A stretch of DNA of 64,000 bases from Planctomycetota bacterium (GTDB lineage: Bacteria > Planctomycetota > Brocadiia > JAADGH01): the NCBI GenBank assembly GCA_040755855.1, contig JBFMAD010000002.1:160001-224000 (forward strand), given 5' to 3'. Positions within the stretch are counted from its first letter, which is position 1. Each line of letters starts with the position of its first letter. Of the stretch, positions 36,916 through 46,397 are shown piece by piece. The position numbers and the translations under genes are program-made. A model generated the notes under the pieces. The model had not been told where the DNA came from and ran no database searches. It saw nothing but the letters and a program-made list of their open reading frames with translations.

Positions 36916-37716
36916 ATGAAGATAGGCTGTCTGCCCATCTGTTTCTTCGACGCGATCAAGACGAAGAAGCTCACCCTCTCCGCCTGGCATCAAATGGCCG
37001 CCGACCTCGGCCTCGACGGCGTCGAGGTCTATGAGCCATTCCTCGAAAGTTACGAGAAGAGCCACCTCCTGCGCATCCGCAAGGAACTGCGCGGCCTCGA
37101 CCTCGACATCTCCATGCTCACCACCTACGGCAACATCGCCAATACCGACGTGAACGAGTGGCAGGTGGCCGTGGACGCCATCAGGCGCAGCATCGAGGTC
37201 GCCGCGATCATCGGGACGTCCAACGTCCGCATCGCCCCCGGCAAGTGGCGCATCGGCTCGACGCGCGACATGCAGATCAACTACGTCGTTCGCGCCCTGC
37301 GCGAGCTGATCCCCTTCGCCGCAAAGTACGGCGTGACCCTCGCCATCGAGAACCATCCGGAGGTCGGGGTCAAGATTGACGACTTCCTCGACATCCTCCG
37401 CCGCGTCAACCAGGCCGAGCTGAAGGTGAACCTCGATACCTCCAACTCGCTGCTGGCGGGCGACGATCCGGTCCGCCTGGCCCGCGAGGTCAAGCGCCAC
37501 GTCGTCCACGTCCACGCCAGCGACCGCCTGAGAAATGGGACCCATTGCGCCGTGGGGGAGGGGATCGTCCCGTTCCCGGAAATTTTCCGGACCCTGAAGC
37601 AGGCCGGGTACGATGAATGGATCTCCATGGAGGTCGGCGGGACGAAGGGCGAGGAGGACATCCGCCGGAGCCGCGACTACGTCCGAGAAACCTGGGAGGC
37701 CGCGCCGGTCCAATGA
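36916..37716 (+). CDS. Sugar phosphate isomerase/epimerase (xylose isomerase-like TIM barrel)
   Basis: LAIENH, NLDTSN, HVHASD, GEG, GYDEWISME. Confidence 0.9.
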   Translation: MKIGCLPICFFDAIKTKKLTLSAWHQMAADLGLDGVEVYEPFLESYEKSHLLRIRKELRGLDLDISMLTTYGNIANTDVNEWQVAVDAIRRSIEVAAIIGTSNVRIAPGKWRIGSTRDMQINYVVRALRELIPFAAKYGVTLAIENHPEVGVKIDDFLDILRRVNQAELKVNLDTSNSLLAGDDPVRLAREVKRHVVHVHASDRLRNGTHCAVGEGIVPFPEIFRTLKQAGYDEWISMEVGGTKGEEDIRRSRDYVRETWEAAPVQ

Positions 37717-38465
37717 GCGAGATCGAATTCTTTGACTGCCGGGCCATGATCGGCCGGCGGACGGCGATTGACGAGAAGGAGCCTTACAAGACCGAGGACC
37801 TCCTGGCGGACATGGAGTACTTCCGGATCAAGGACTGCCTCGTCCACCACGCAAACTCGAAGGAGTACGATCCGAACGCCGGCAACGACTGCCTCCTCCG
37901 CGAGATCAAGGGGCGGCCGTCGCTCCACGGCAGCTTCGCCCTCCTCCCCGCCGCAACGCGGGAGCAGGGAACGGCAGAGGAGGCCGTGGCGGCGATGCTC
38001 AAGAGCGGGTGCCGCGCGGCGTGGATGTGGCCGAGCACCCAGGTTTTTCCCATGAACGAAATGACCTGCGGCTCGATCCTGGCTGAGCTGGAGAAGCGCC
38101 GCATCCCGCTCTTCCTCGACACGACCGAGGTCTCCCTGGGCGGCGCGGCGGCGATCTGCGGGGCCCATCCCGAACTGCCTGTGATCTCGACGAACGTCGG
38201 CTATCGCTCCCTGCGCGAGCTGTACGCCATCTGGGAGAAGCACAAGAACCACCACGTGGATACCTCGATGCAGACCACCCACTGCGGCCTGGAGGACGCC
38301 TGCCCGCGCTTCGGGGCCGAGCGGTTCCTATTCGGGAGCAACTGGCCCCACTTCACCCCTGGCTCGGCGATTGCGCACATCACGTACGCCCGCATCTCGG
38401 ACAAGGACAAGGCCAAGATCGCCGGCGGCAATCTGCGGCGGATGCTCGCGGAGGTGCGACCATGA
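37713..38465 (+). CDS. Amidohydrolase-fold protein (HxH motif absent)
   Basis: FFDCRAMIG, FGAERFLFGSNWP, KIAGGNLRRML; ATGA overlap. Confidence 0.82.
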   Translation: MSEIEFFDCRAMIGRRTAIDEKEPYKTEDLLADMEYFRIKDCLVHHANSKEYDPNAGNDCLLREIKGRPSLHGSFALLPAATREQGTAEEAVAAMLKSGCRAAWMWPSTQVFPMNEMTCGSILAELEKRRIPLFLDTTEVSLGGAAAICGAHPELPVISTNVGYRSLRELYAIWEKHKNHHVDTSMQTTHCGLEDACPRFGAERFLFGSNWPHFTPGSAIAHITYARISDKDKAKIAGGNLRRMLAEVRP

Positions 38466-39244
38466 CGATGAACCTGATGGACCATGCCCTCCTCGGCAAG
38501 CGGCTCGAAGGCGAGATCATCATTGACTGCCACGCGCACCTCGGTCCGTGGCACAACTTCTTCATCCCGCAGAACGACGCCGACGGGATGATCCGCGTGA
38601 TGGACCGCATCGGGGTCAATGTGGTCTGCCCCTGCTCCCATGCCTGCATCGGGCCGGACTTCGTCCTCGGCAACGACCTTGCCGCCGAAGCGATGCAGAA
38701 ATACCCCGGCCGCTTCGCGCCGTACATCGGGGTGAACCCAAACTACCCGGACGGCGTGGCCGTCGAGATCGAGCGCTGCCGGAAAATGGGCATGAAGAAT
38801 GTCAAGATACACAGCATGCACAAGGTCCCGTACGACGACGGGCGATACAAGCCGGCCTTCGAGATTGCAAACGATCTCGGCTGGGCGGTCCTGGCCCACA
38901 CCTACGGGAATGACGCGAGGGTCTTCGCCAAACTGGGGCCAAGATACCCGAATGCGAAATTTCTCCTGGGGCACTCGGGGGTTGTAAACTTCCAGGCCTA
39001 CATCGAGACCGCCAGGGCGAGCGAGAATGTGTTCCTCGATCTCGCCACGTCGCAGGTGGGCTACAACTGGGTCGAGGCATTCGTGCAGCGCGTGGGGTCC
39101 GACCGGGTCTTGTTTGGGTCGGACATCCCGTTCATCGCCCTTGCCCCGCAGATCGGCCAGGTGCTCTGCGCGCGGATCAGCGACGATGAGAAGCGGGAGA
39201 TCCTGGGCCTCAACGCGAGGCGCATCCTGGAATTGGCGATATAG
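38462..39244 (+). CDS. Amidohydrolase_2 family protein
   Basis: IIDCHAH, KIH, LAH, LGHSG, RVLFGSDIP, ILGLNA. Confidence 0.9.
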   Translation: MTMNLMDHALLGKRLEGEIIIDCHAHLGPWHNFFIPQNDADGMIRVMDRIGVNVVCPCSHACIGPDFVLGNDLAAEAMQKYPGRFAPYIGVNPNYPDGVAVEIERCRKMGMKNVKIHSMHKVPYDDGRYKPAFEIANDLGWAVLAHTYGNDARVFAKLGPRYPNAKFLLGHSGVVNFQAYIETARASENVFLDLATSQVGYNWVEAFVQRVGSDRVLFGSDIPFIALAPQIGQVLCARISDDEKREILGLNARRILELAI

Positions 39245-39323
39245 GACCTATAAGACCTATAGGACTGATCTCTGGTCCGTCCCCATTTTCCGAACGCTAA
39301 TTCAATAAAAATCCCTTTCTTAC

Positions 39324-39352
39324 TTGACACCGCCTGCACGGAGGCTTATAAT
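39324..39352 (+). promoter_or_regulatory. Perfect-consensus sigma70 promoter of the rtcB unit
   Basis: TTGACA(39324)-17 nt-TATAAT(39347). Confidence 0.85.
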
Positions 39353-39398
39353 GGGCCTCGTTGAGTGAAATCCTGAGAGGTCTTTGTCAGGACAAGCA

Positions 39399-39503
39399 AT
39401 GATGTTGTTTGCAGCACACAACTCTGGAACACGGATAACGAGCCATTGCGCCATGGGCCGCTCCTGTGGTTGGCTTTGCTCGTGGGGAGGTGACGGTTCT
39501 TAG
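39399..39503 (+). CDS. Putative leader peptide MMLFAAHNSGTRITSHCAMGRSCGWLCSWGGDGS
   Basis: ATG 6 nt after AGGA; stop codon lies inside the antiterminator arm; below ORF-track cutoff. Confidence 0.6.
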   Translation: MMLFAAHNSGTRITSHCAMGRSCGWLCSWGGDGS

Positions 39504-39530
39504 GGTTTTGTTGCAAACACGATTGAGATC

Positions 39531-39564
39531 AAAGCCCTGAGGACCGAAACCTTGGGGCTTTTTT
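39531..39564 (+). terminator. Intrinsic terminator (attenuator 3:4 helix)
   Basis: AAAGCCCTGAGG-ACCGAAA-CCTTGGGGCTTT, T6 run at 39559-39564, between promoter and first gene. Confidence 0.85.
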
Positions 39565-39606
39565 ATTGGGGATTTTTTTGGACGCGAGAAAAGAGGATAA
39601 AGTACA

Positions 39607-39747
39607 ATGAAGTGCGAGGAATGTGGACGGAGAACGGACCGGATTACCCGCAAGCAAGGCGAGGCGAATTTCATCTGCGCCGCCTGCCGCGCCAAACGGG
39701 AGGCGCGGGGCCGGGCGCAGCGCCTGTGCGCGCCAGTGCGAGGATAG
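39607..39747 (+). CDS. Putative 46-aa zinc-finger microprotein
   Basis: MKCEECGRRTDRITRKQGEANFICAACRAKREARGRAQRLCAPVRG; GAGGA RBS; ends 4 nt before rtcB ATG. Confidence 0.65.
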   Translation: MKCEECGRRTDRITRKQGEANFICAACRAKREARGRAQRLCAPVRG

Positions 39748-39751
39748 ACCC

Positions 39752-41179
39752 ATGAAGCGAATTGACCCGAACCGCCTGCTCATCGAAAAATCCGGCGGCA
39801 TGAAGGTGGACGCGCTGATCTTCGCCGACGAGCAGTTGGCGAACGAGATCGAGAGCGGGGCCATGGACCAGCTCCGCGACGCGGCGCATCTGCCCGGCGT
39901 GTTCCGCGCCATCGGCACGCCGGACATGCACTTCGGGTACGGCGTGCCCATCGGGGTCGTTGTGGCGCTGGAGGACCACATCGTCCCGGCGGCGGTGGGT
40001 TACGACATCAACTGCGGGATGCGCGTCATCACGACGCCCCTGAACGCGGCGGACGTGAACATTGACGAGCTGGCCGGGTCCATCGCCCGCGATATCCCTC
40101 TCGGCGAAGGGAAGACAAACGTCGGCCTGCCGCGCCACAAGTTCGAGGTCATCCTGAACAAGGGCGTCAAGGGCTTGGCCGAGATCGCCGGGGGCGAGGC
40201 GGGCCGCGTGTGGGAGGCGCGCGATCCCGCGCGGGAGAAGGAGGACATCGAATGCATCGAGGAGCATGGGTCCATGGCGGGGGACTGCCGGGCCGTGTCC
40301 GACTTCGCCACGAACCGGGGCATCCGGCAGTTGGCGACCCTCGGCGGGGGCAACCACTTTCTCGAGCTTCAGATCGTTGAGGAGGTGCGCAACACGGAGA
40401 TTGCGACGGCCTTCGGCCTGCGCGAGAAGCAGTTGGTGGTCATGCTGCATTCGGGGTCCCGAGGGCTGGGGCATCAGGTCTGCGACGAGTACTCGAAGCG
40501 GGCGAAGAAAATCAGCGGGGACCGGGCGCCGAGCCGAGACCTCTGCTTCCTTTCCGTGCACGACAAGGCGGGCCAGGATTACATCAGCGCCATGAACGCG
40601 GCGGCGAATTTCGCATTTGTGAATCGCCAGTTGATGACGGAGCTGATCCGAAAGAACCTGCGGCATCACTGCGGCGACATCCCGCTGCCGATCATCTATG
40701 ACGTGCCCCACAACATGGCGAAGCGGGAGACTATCGAGGGGCGGTCGCTGTGGGTGCATCGCAAGGGGGCGACGCGCGCCTTCCCGCCGAGCAAGATGCA
40801 GGGCACGCGGTTCGAGAAGACCGGCCAGCCGGTCCTGATCCCCGGCTCGATGGGCACGCCGAGTTATGTCTTAGTGGGCAGGGAGGAATCGGCCGAGAGC
40901 CTCTACAGCGTGAACCACGGGGCGGGGCGGTGCATGTCGCGCACGGCGGCGCTGGGGAAGGTGCGGAAGGGGAAGGTGCTCAAGCCGGGCCGGATCAGCG
41001 ACGAGGACTTCAAAAAGAGCATGGAGGGGATCAAGCTAATCTGCGCCGACCGGCATATGATCAAGGAGGAGGCCCCCCAGGCCTACAAGGACATTGACCA
41101 CGTGGTCCGCATCGTCGTTGACGCCGGCCTGGCGGAGGTGGTGGCGAAGCTGCGGCCGCTGGCGGTGCTGAAGGGGTGA
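39752..41179 (+). CDS. rtcB: RNA-splicing/repair ligase RtcB
   Basis: PDMHFGYGVPIG, VGYDINCGMR, LGGGNHFLE, HSGSRGLG, HN, HRKGATR, PGSMG, HGAGR, EEAPQAYKD. Confidence 0.96.
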   Translation: MKRIDPNRLLIEKSGGMKVDALIFADEQLANEIESGAMDQLRDAAHLPGVFRAIGTPDMHFGYGVPIGVVVALEDHIVPAAVGYDINCGMRVITTPLNAADVNIDELAGSIARDIPLGEGKTNVGLPRHKFEVILNKGVKGLAEIAGGEAGRVWEARDPAREKEDIECIEEHGSMAGDCRAVSDFATNRGIRQLATLGGGNHFLELQIVEEVRNTEIATAFGLREKQLVVMLHSGSRGLGHQVCDEYSKRAKKISGDRAPSRDLCFLSVHDKAGQDYISAMNAAANFAFVNRQLMTELIRKNLRHHCGDIPLPIIYDVPHNMAKRETIEGRSLWVHRKGATRAFPPSKMQGTRFEKTGQPVLIPGSMGTPSYVLVGREESAESLYSVNHGAGRCMSRTAALGKVRKGKVLKPGRISDEDFKKSMEGIKLICADRHMIKEEAPQAYKDIDHVVRIVVDAGLAEVVAKLRPLAVLKG

Positions 41180-41265
41180 CAGAACATCCTCAATGTTTGC
41201 TTCGCTTGTCGCCTTTTAATATACATAGCCGGCCCCTGAGCCCGTTGCCGGTCATCGGTCGGAGG

Positions 41266-41973
41266 TCAGCGCTCCCTTTCCTCGTCGGGCGGGGCGAAGC
41301 CGCCGCGACGGGGCAGGTCGGTCGGCAGGCGCTGCAGAAGCTCCAGCATGAACTTGACCAGGTTGCCCAGGTCGTCGGGTTTCAGGCGGCGATCCTTGTG
41401 CGCCATCACGCTGTTGCCGGCGAACTCGACCTTGAACCCCGTCTCCTGCGAGTGGAGAAGGAAGTCGGTCAGGCGGTTGTGGAGCAGTTGCCGGGCGAAG
41501 GCGGGGTCCTGTGCGTCAATGCGGAAGGCCGCGTCGAACGTCGGGTTGCCGATCTCCGTGTCGGCGAAGCCGACCATCCCCGCCAGGCGGTCGAAGAAGC
41601 CCTCGGACCGGATGCCGACGTAGGGGAAGTCATAGTCCGTGTCGGCGAGGACGATGCTTAGGCTGTGGGTTGTGCTGCTCTTGCCCCCGCCGGTGGTGTA
41701 CTTGTAATCGAAGATTTTTAGCGCCACGCCGCCCAGTTTGCCGTGCATCACGTTCTTTGCCTGTCGGCTGCGGCCGGTGTTGAGGCGTTGGAACGCGGCG
41801 TAACTGACCGGGATATTGAAGACATCCTTAGGGTAGAATTCCAGCCCCATCTGCGCGGCGATCTCGTTCAGGCGCTCGCGGCGCTTCTTCTCGTAGAGGA
41901 TGCACCCCACGCCGATCAGCACAATGATCGCAACCACACCACCGATGAAGAGGAAGGGAATCCATTCAGTCAC
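41266..41973 (-). CDS. Hypothetical protein with N-terminal TM helix
   Basis: AGGAG RBS; hydrophobic N-terminus; FDYKYTTGGGKSSTTH. Confidence 0.75.
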   Translation of the reverse strand: MTEWIPFLFIGGVVAIIVLIGVGCILYEKKRRERLNEIAAQMGLEFYPKDVFNIPVSYAAFQRLNTGRSRQAKNVMHGKLGGVALKIFDYKYTTGGGKSSTTHSLSIVLADTDYDFPYVGIRSEGFFDRLAGMVGFADTEIGNPTFDAAFRIDAQDPAFARQLLHNRLTDFLLHSQETGFKVEFAGNSVMAHKDRRLKPDDLGNLVKFMLELLQRLPTDLPRRGGFAPPDEERER

Positions 41974-41976
41974 GGG

Positions 41977-44280
41977 TCACTCCTTTTCGTAAATTCGTAC
42001 TTCGTGGATACGCGCGGTCCAGTTGCCTTCGCCCCAAATCCGTTTCACGCTGATCCGCACTTGGCCTGCGCGGACGGGAGCGAATTGGTGAACACGAAAT
42101 CGGTTGTAGTTGTCCCGGGCGGAGATGAGGGTCCGCCATGCCTCGTTATCGTGGACATAGATGTCATAGTCGCGCACCAACATCTCCGACACGCGCTTGT
42201 CGCAGTTGGCGGGCATCTGGGTATAGTCCTCATACATCGCGTCGAAGGCGATCTGCACGCGGGCGATCTCCTTCGCCGAGCCGAGGTCGAGGGTGATGCT
42301 CTGCGGCATCGGCTCGCCGCGCCTGCTGATCCACATGTTCACCGGCGCCGCGCCGATGCGGCGATTGAGGCCATTGATCACATTCGCCGCCTCGCCAAAG
42401 GGGGGACGCGGCTCGATCCGGAACAGGTGGCTATCCTCGTGGAGCGCGATCTTCGAACCGTCGGCGGATTCGCACCGGAACTGGATCTCGCTCCGGGCCG
42501 CATCGCGGCCCCATGATACGCCCTCGGTCGCCGCGACCGACAGCAGCAACTTTGGCTCGACGGCGTTGCGATTGCGCTCCGGCAGGGCGACCGAGTCGAA
42601 GGCGAAGTCCACCCACCCCTCGAACCCAGCGGGGACCTTCGACCGCGATTTCGCAATCGCGGAAAATTGATCCGTGGCGTACGATCCCCGCAGCGTCGTC
42701 AGCCGTTGGCGCGTGCGGATGTGTTTCGCAGGCTCATCCTTCGGACCGTAGGTCTCCTCCCGGTCGTCGCGCGAGACGGTCAGCTCGACCATCCGCGCCG
42801 CGTTGCCGTCGTTCTTTAAATACAGCGATACCTTGTTCAACGTCTTCGGCCAATCCAAGAGCATGATCCCGCGCATCGGCGCGTCGAGTGGGAGGAAGTC
42901 GGTCGCGTCCGCGCACTCGAAGCGCTCCTCGCTCGTGGCGGCCGCCGTCGCGGCGCGGGCGAGGTCGTTTGGATCGCTGTTCTGCAGATAGGGGACCGTC
43001 CCGTCGCGTTTGAGCAATTCCTGTTGCAGGTCTGAAGCATGTTTCCGGTAGAGATCGCGCGGCGTGCAGCCGAGGCGCTTGCACATCCCGGCGGCGAGGC
43101 CGACCGCCTGGCCGATGGCCCCGCCGGTCTTCATCAGGCGCGTCGTGCCGAGGGCGAGGCGGGTGACGCTGATGAGGCGGCCCGCGAGAAAAATGTTGTC
43201 AAAATCCTTCGAGTAGAGCGAGCGGTATGGGATGTTGTAGAGCGGCGGGATGGAGTAGAAGACCACCTTGCTCCGTCCGTCGGGCTGCGGTTCGTGCACG
43301 TCCACCGCGTAGCCGCCGTAGGCCACGCTGTCGGGGAATTCGGTCGGCGTCTCGACGTCGGTCTGCGTGAGGACATAGTCCCCGATGAAGCGGCGGCTCT
43401 CGCGCTTGCCGGCCTTGGGGCTGACCCAGATCAGCTCCCAGTTCTTCGCCTCCTCGACGCTCGAGACGTTCTTGACGTGGTTCCAGAAGCCGTAGATTTG
43501 CTTGAGCAGCCCCTCATAGATTTTGTCGTCGGCCTCGATGCTCGGCAGTTCCTTCTGCCCGCCGTGCTCCGTGGGCCACATGAAGTTGAGGTTGTCCTCC
43601 GGATGCCACAGCCTGCCGGGGATGTCCGGGCAGCCGGACGGCGGGATGAAGGGCACGGGCCGCGGCGTCTTCACCGCGATGCACGTCATGCTTGTTCCCA
43701 TGGTCAGGCTGTCGGCCTCTCCCGGTGCGCTGCGCTCGTTGAACTGCGCCTTCGCGTCACGTCCCATCATGAACGACGCCCCCGCATCGGAGGCCACATG
43801 CCCGTCGCCCGACGCCTCGATGAGAAAGTGGGAGATGTTGATCCGCTTCGTCTTGAAGCGCGCGAGGTCCTCGACGATCACGCCGACGACGCGCCGCCCC
43901 TCTACGATGGCCCGTTTGCCGAGGTGGCGCTTGAGGACGGTCACTCCCGCCTCCTCCATCTTCTCCTGGAGGATCGTCTCCCACATGCGGCAGGTGTTGT
44001 AGTGGAAGCCGCGGGTGTGCATTTTCGCCGCGCGCCAGGCCGTCTCCTCCTCCAGTTCGCCGATGATGCCCGTCTCGGAGGCGTAGGGGTGGAAGCAGTC
44101 GGCGCCGGAGACGTGTACGCCGAGGTTCGGGCCGGAATTGCCGCCGAGGGCGTCGTCCTTCTCGATAAGGACCGTCATGCACCCCTCGCGGGCGGCCTGG
44201 ATGGCGGCGCAGACCCCGGCCGTGCCGGAGCCGATGACCAGGACCTCGGTATCCAACGTCTCGTCAATGCGATAGTCCAC
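41977..44280 (-). CDS. FAD-dependent oxidoreductase with C-terminal discoidin/F5-8-like domain
   Basis: VLVIGSGTAGVCAAIQAAREG, EASGDG, RESRR, YNIPYRSLYSK, AGRLIS. Confidence 0.88.
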   Translation of the reverse strand: MDYRIDETLDTEVLVIGSGTAGVCAAIQAAREGCMTVLIEKDDALGGNSGPNLGVHVSGADCFHPYASETGIIGELEEETAWRAAKMHTRGFHYNTCRMWETILQEKMEEAGVTVLKRHLGKRAIVEGRRVVGVIVEDLARFKTKRINISHFLIEASGDGHVASDAGASFMMGRDAKAQFNERSAPGEADSLTMGTSMTCIAVKTPRPVPFIPPSGCPDIPGRLWHPEDNLNFMWPTEHGGQKELPSIEADDKIYEGLLKQIYGFWNHVKNVSSVEEAKNWELIWVSPKAGKRESRRFIGDYVLTQTDVETPTEFPDSVAYGGYAVDVHEPQPDGRSKVVFYSIPPLYNIPYRSLYSKDFDNIFLAGRLISVTRLALGTTRLMKTGGAIGQAVGLAAGMCKRLGCTPRDLYRKHASDLQQELLKRDGTVPYLQNSDPNDLARAATAAATSEERFECADATDFLPLDAPMRGIMLLDWPKTLNKVSLYLKNDGNAARMVELTVSRDDREETYGPKDEPAKHIRTRQRLTTLRGSYATDQFSAIAKSRSKVPAGFEGWVDFAFDSVALPERNRNAVEPKLLLSVAATEGVSWGRDAARSEIQFRCESADGSKIALHEDSHLFRIEPRPPFGEAANVINGLNRRIGAAPVNMWISRRGEPMPQSITLDLGSAKEIARVQIAFDAMYEDYTQMPANCDKRVSEMLVRDYDIYVHDNEAWRTLISARDNYNRFRVHQFAPVRAGQVRISVKRIWGEGNWTARIHEVRIYEKE

Positions 44281-44378
44281 TCTGCAATCCTTCGTGCGGA
44301 ATCATTTGCCTAACATGGCAGGAGATTGTAGAATCGGCGGAGAGCGGGGGCAAGGGGAAAATACGCCTGCGCGCGGTA

Positions 44379-44407
44379 TTGACTTCCCTTTCCCTCGTTG
44401 CTATCCT
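44379..44407 (+). promoter_or_regulatory. Putative sigma70 promoter
   Basis: TTGACT-17 nt-TATCCT with TG extension. Confidence 0.6.
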
Positions 44408-44441
44408 ACAGCGAAACATTTGTGACAACGAGGAGAAAGCC

Positions 44442-45290
44442 ATGAAGCTGTCCGTTATGTTGTTCCCGTTCCACAAGCAACTCACCGATGGGACGCTGAA
44501 GCCCAAGGCAGCGGTTGAGGGCTTTAAGTCCGCGGGCATTCGAGCCATCGAACCGATGATGAGCTGGGTGGAGGCCGAGCCGCAGAAGTGGGAGACGTTT
44601 TTCAAGACGGCGAGCGACGCCGGGATGGTCTGGTCGTGCTATGACATCGGCGTGAACCTGATCGGCGAGAACGAGGTGGACCGCACGGAGGCGCTGGTGA
44701 AGGTGGACCGGGGCGTAGAGTTCTGCAAGGAAAAACTGCGCTGCTCCGTCGTCCTCCTCGCCGGCACGAAACCCGCGGCCAACATGACGGAGGAGGACGG
44801 ACGGAAGCTCTACGGCGCACAGTTGGCCAAGGCCCACGAGCGCACAAAGGGCTCGGGCGTCACGATCACCATCGAGGACTTCGGCGTCTATCCCCCCTTC
44901 ACCGCGGGCGGGCAGCACTGCTTAGAAGTGCTTGAGGCGTGCAACTGCCCGGCTATCAAATTCACCTTCGACAACGGCAACTTCCTCTTCGCCGCCGACA
45001 CGCCGACGGCGGTTTACGATCTCTTCAAGGGCCGCATCGCCCACGTCCACATCAAGGACTTCGCCCTTCGCGCTCCGGACGACCAGCCGCGTCTGACGTC
45101 CCTTTCCGGCAAGCAGTACAAGGGGTGCTACATCGGCGAGGGCGAGGCGGAGGTCGCCGAGACGCTTCGGCTCCTCAAGGCCGACGCCTATCCCGGCTGG
45201 ATCTCCCTCGAGGTGGGCGGCAGCCGCGACCCGTTGGACGACGCCCTGCGCGGGGCGAAGGTGGTCAAGCAGGCGTGGGGGAAGGGTTAG
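44442..45290 (+). CDS. Sugar phosphate isomerase/epimerase TIM barrel
   Basis: TIED, FDNGNF, HVHIKD, IGEG, WISLE; GAGGAG RBS. Confidence 0.9.
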   Translation: MKLSVMLFPFHKQLTDGTLKPKAAVEGFKSAGIRAIEPMMSWVEAEPQKWETFFKTASDAGMVWSCYDIGVNLIGENEVDRTEALVKVDRGVEFCKEKLRCSVVLLAGTKPAANMTEEDGRKLYGAQLAKAHERTKGSGVTITIEDFGVYPPFTAGGQHCLEVLEACNCPAIKFTFDNGNFLFAADTPTAVYDLFKGRIAHVHIKDFALRAPDDQPRLTSLSGKQYKGCYIGEGEAEVAETLRLLKADAYPGWISLEVGGSRDPLDDALRGAKVVKQAWGKG

Positions 45291-45391
45291 GCTGCCTGCC
45301 TCGCTTCCTTCCTCGATTCTATGCCGTGTCCAAGGAGCAGCGTTCGAACTCCGACACACGCGTAGAACAACATGATCATACGACATTTCCC

Positions 45392-45420
45392 TTGCCCGCG
45401 CGAGGACGTCGCGCTATAAT
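45392..45420 (+). promoter_or_regulatory. Putative sigma70 promoter of purC operon
   Basis: TTGCCC-17 nt-TATAAT. Confidence 0.6.
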
Positions 45421-45477
45421 CTGCGCTAACCTGGGACCGCTCATGTCCTTGTTTCTGCGTGACGGAGAGCATCGCCA

Positions 45478-46374
45478 ATGGCCCACAGCATTGTCATCGA
45501 AACGAACCTGAAGGGATTGAGGTTGTTCAACCGGGGGAAGGTGCGCGATATCTATGACCTCGGCGACAGACTGCTCATCGTGGCGACCGACCGCATCTCG
45601 GCGTTCGACTCGATCCTCGGCAGCGGCATCCCCCTGAAGGGCAAGGTGCTCACGCAGATGTCCCTCTTCTGGTTCGACTTTCTGAGGGACATCACCGACA
45701 GCCACCTCGTCACGGGCGACGTGACCGAGATGCCGGCCGCAGTCCGCAAGCACGCGGACATTCTTCGCGGCCGCTCGATGCTCGTGCACAAGACGGAGGT
45801 CCTCCCCGTCGAGTGCGTCGTGCGCGGCTACCTGGCCGGGTCGGGGTGGAAGGACTACCAGGCCACCGGGTCCGTCTGCGGCATCAAACTGCCGAGGGGG
45901 CTGGTCGAGGCCGACAAACTGCCCGCGCCGATTTTTACACCCGCGACGAAGGCCGAGTCGGGACATGACATCAACATCTCCCATGAAGAGATGGCAAAAC
46001 AAATCGGGCAGAAAAATGCCGACACGCTTCGGGAGCGAACACTGGACATCTACACCACGGCCAGCGCCTATGCCCGGAGCAAGGGCATCATCATCGCGGA
46101 CACAAAATTCGAATGGGGCCTGCACAACGGCAATCCCATCCTGATTGACGAGGTCCTGACGCCGGATTCCTCGCGCTTCTGGCCGGTGGACAAGTATCGG
46201 CCCGGCGGGGCGCAGCCGTCCTTCGACAAGCAGCCCGTGCGGGATTACTTGGAGGCGTCGGGCTGGAACAAGGAGCCGCCCGCGCCGGCCCTCCCGGATG
46301 ATGTGGTCAAGGAGACGACGGAGCGGTACCTCGAGGCGTATCGGCGGTTGACGGGGAGGGAACTGAGGGCGTAG
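45478..46374 (+). CDS. purC: SAICAR synthetase
   Basis: [52 protein letters not shown]. Confidence 0.97.
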   Translation: MAHSIVIETNLKGLRLFNRGKVRDIYDLGDRLLIVATDRISAFDSILGSGIPLKGKVLTQMSLFWFDFLRDITDSHLVTGDVTEMPAAVRKHADILRGRSMLVHKTEVLPVECVVRGYLAGSGWKDYQATGSVCGIKLPRGLVEADKLPAPIFTPATKAESGHDINISHEEMAKQIGQKNADTLRERTLDIYTTASAYARSKGIIIADTKFEWGLHNGNPILIDEVLTPDSSRFWPVDKYRPGGAQPSFDKQPVRDYLEASGWNKEPPAPALPDDVVKETTERYLEAYRRLTGRELRA

Positions 46375-46397
46375 GGGTTATCTTCGCGTGACCATCC

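Noticed and set aside
39245..39751. Sigma54 promoter, tRNA-like/Y RNA or known riboswitch before rtcB; longer rtcB start at 39623
   Set aside because: No TGGCAC-N5-TTGC, cloverleaf or recognisable aptamer; the 39623 extension has no RtcB similarity and overlaps the better-supported Zn-finger frame.
45421..45477. ZTP or purine riboswitch upstream of purC
   Set aside because: Leader only about 50 nt and lacks the consensus elements.
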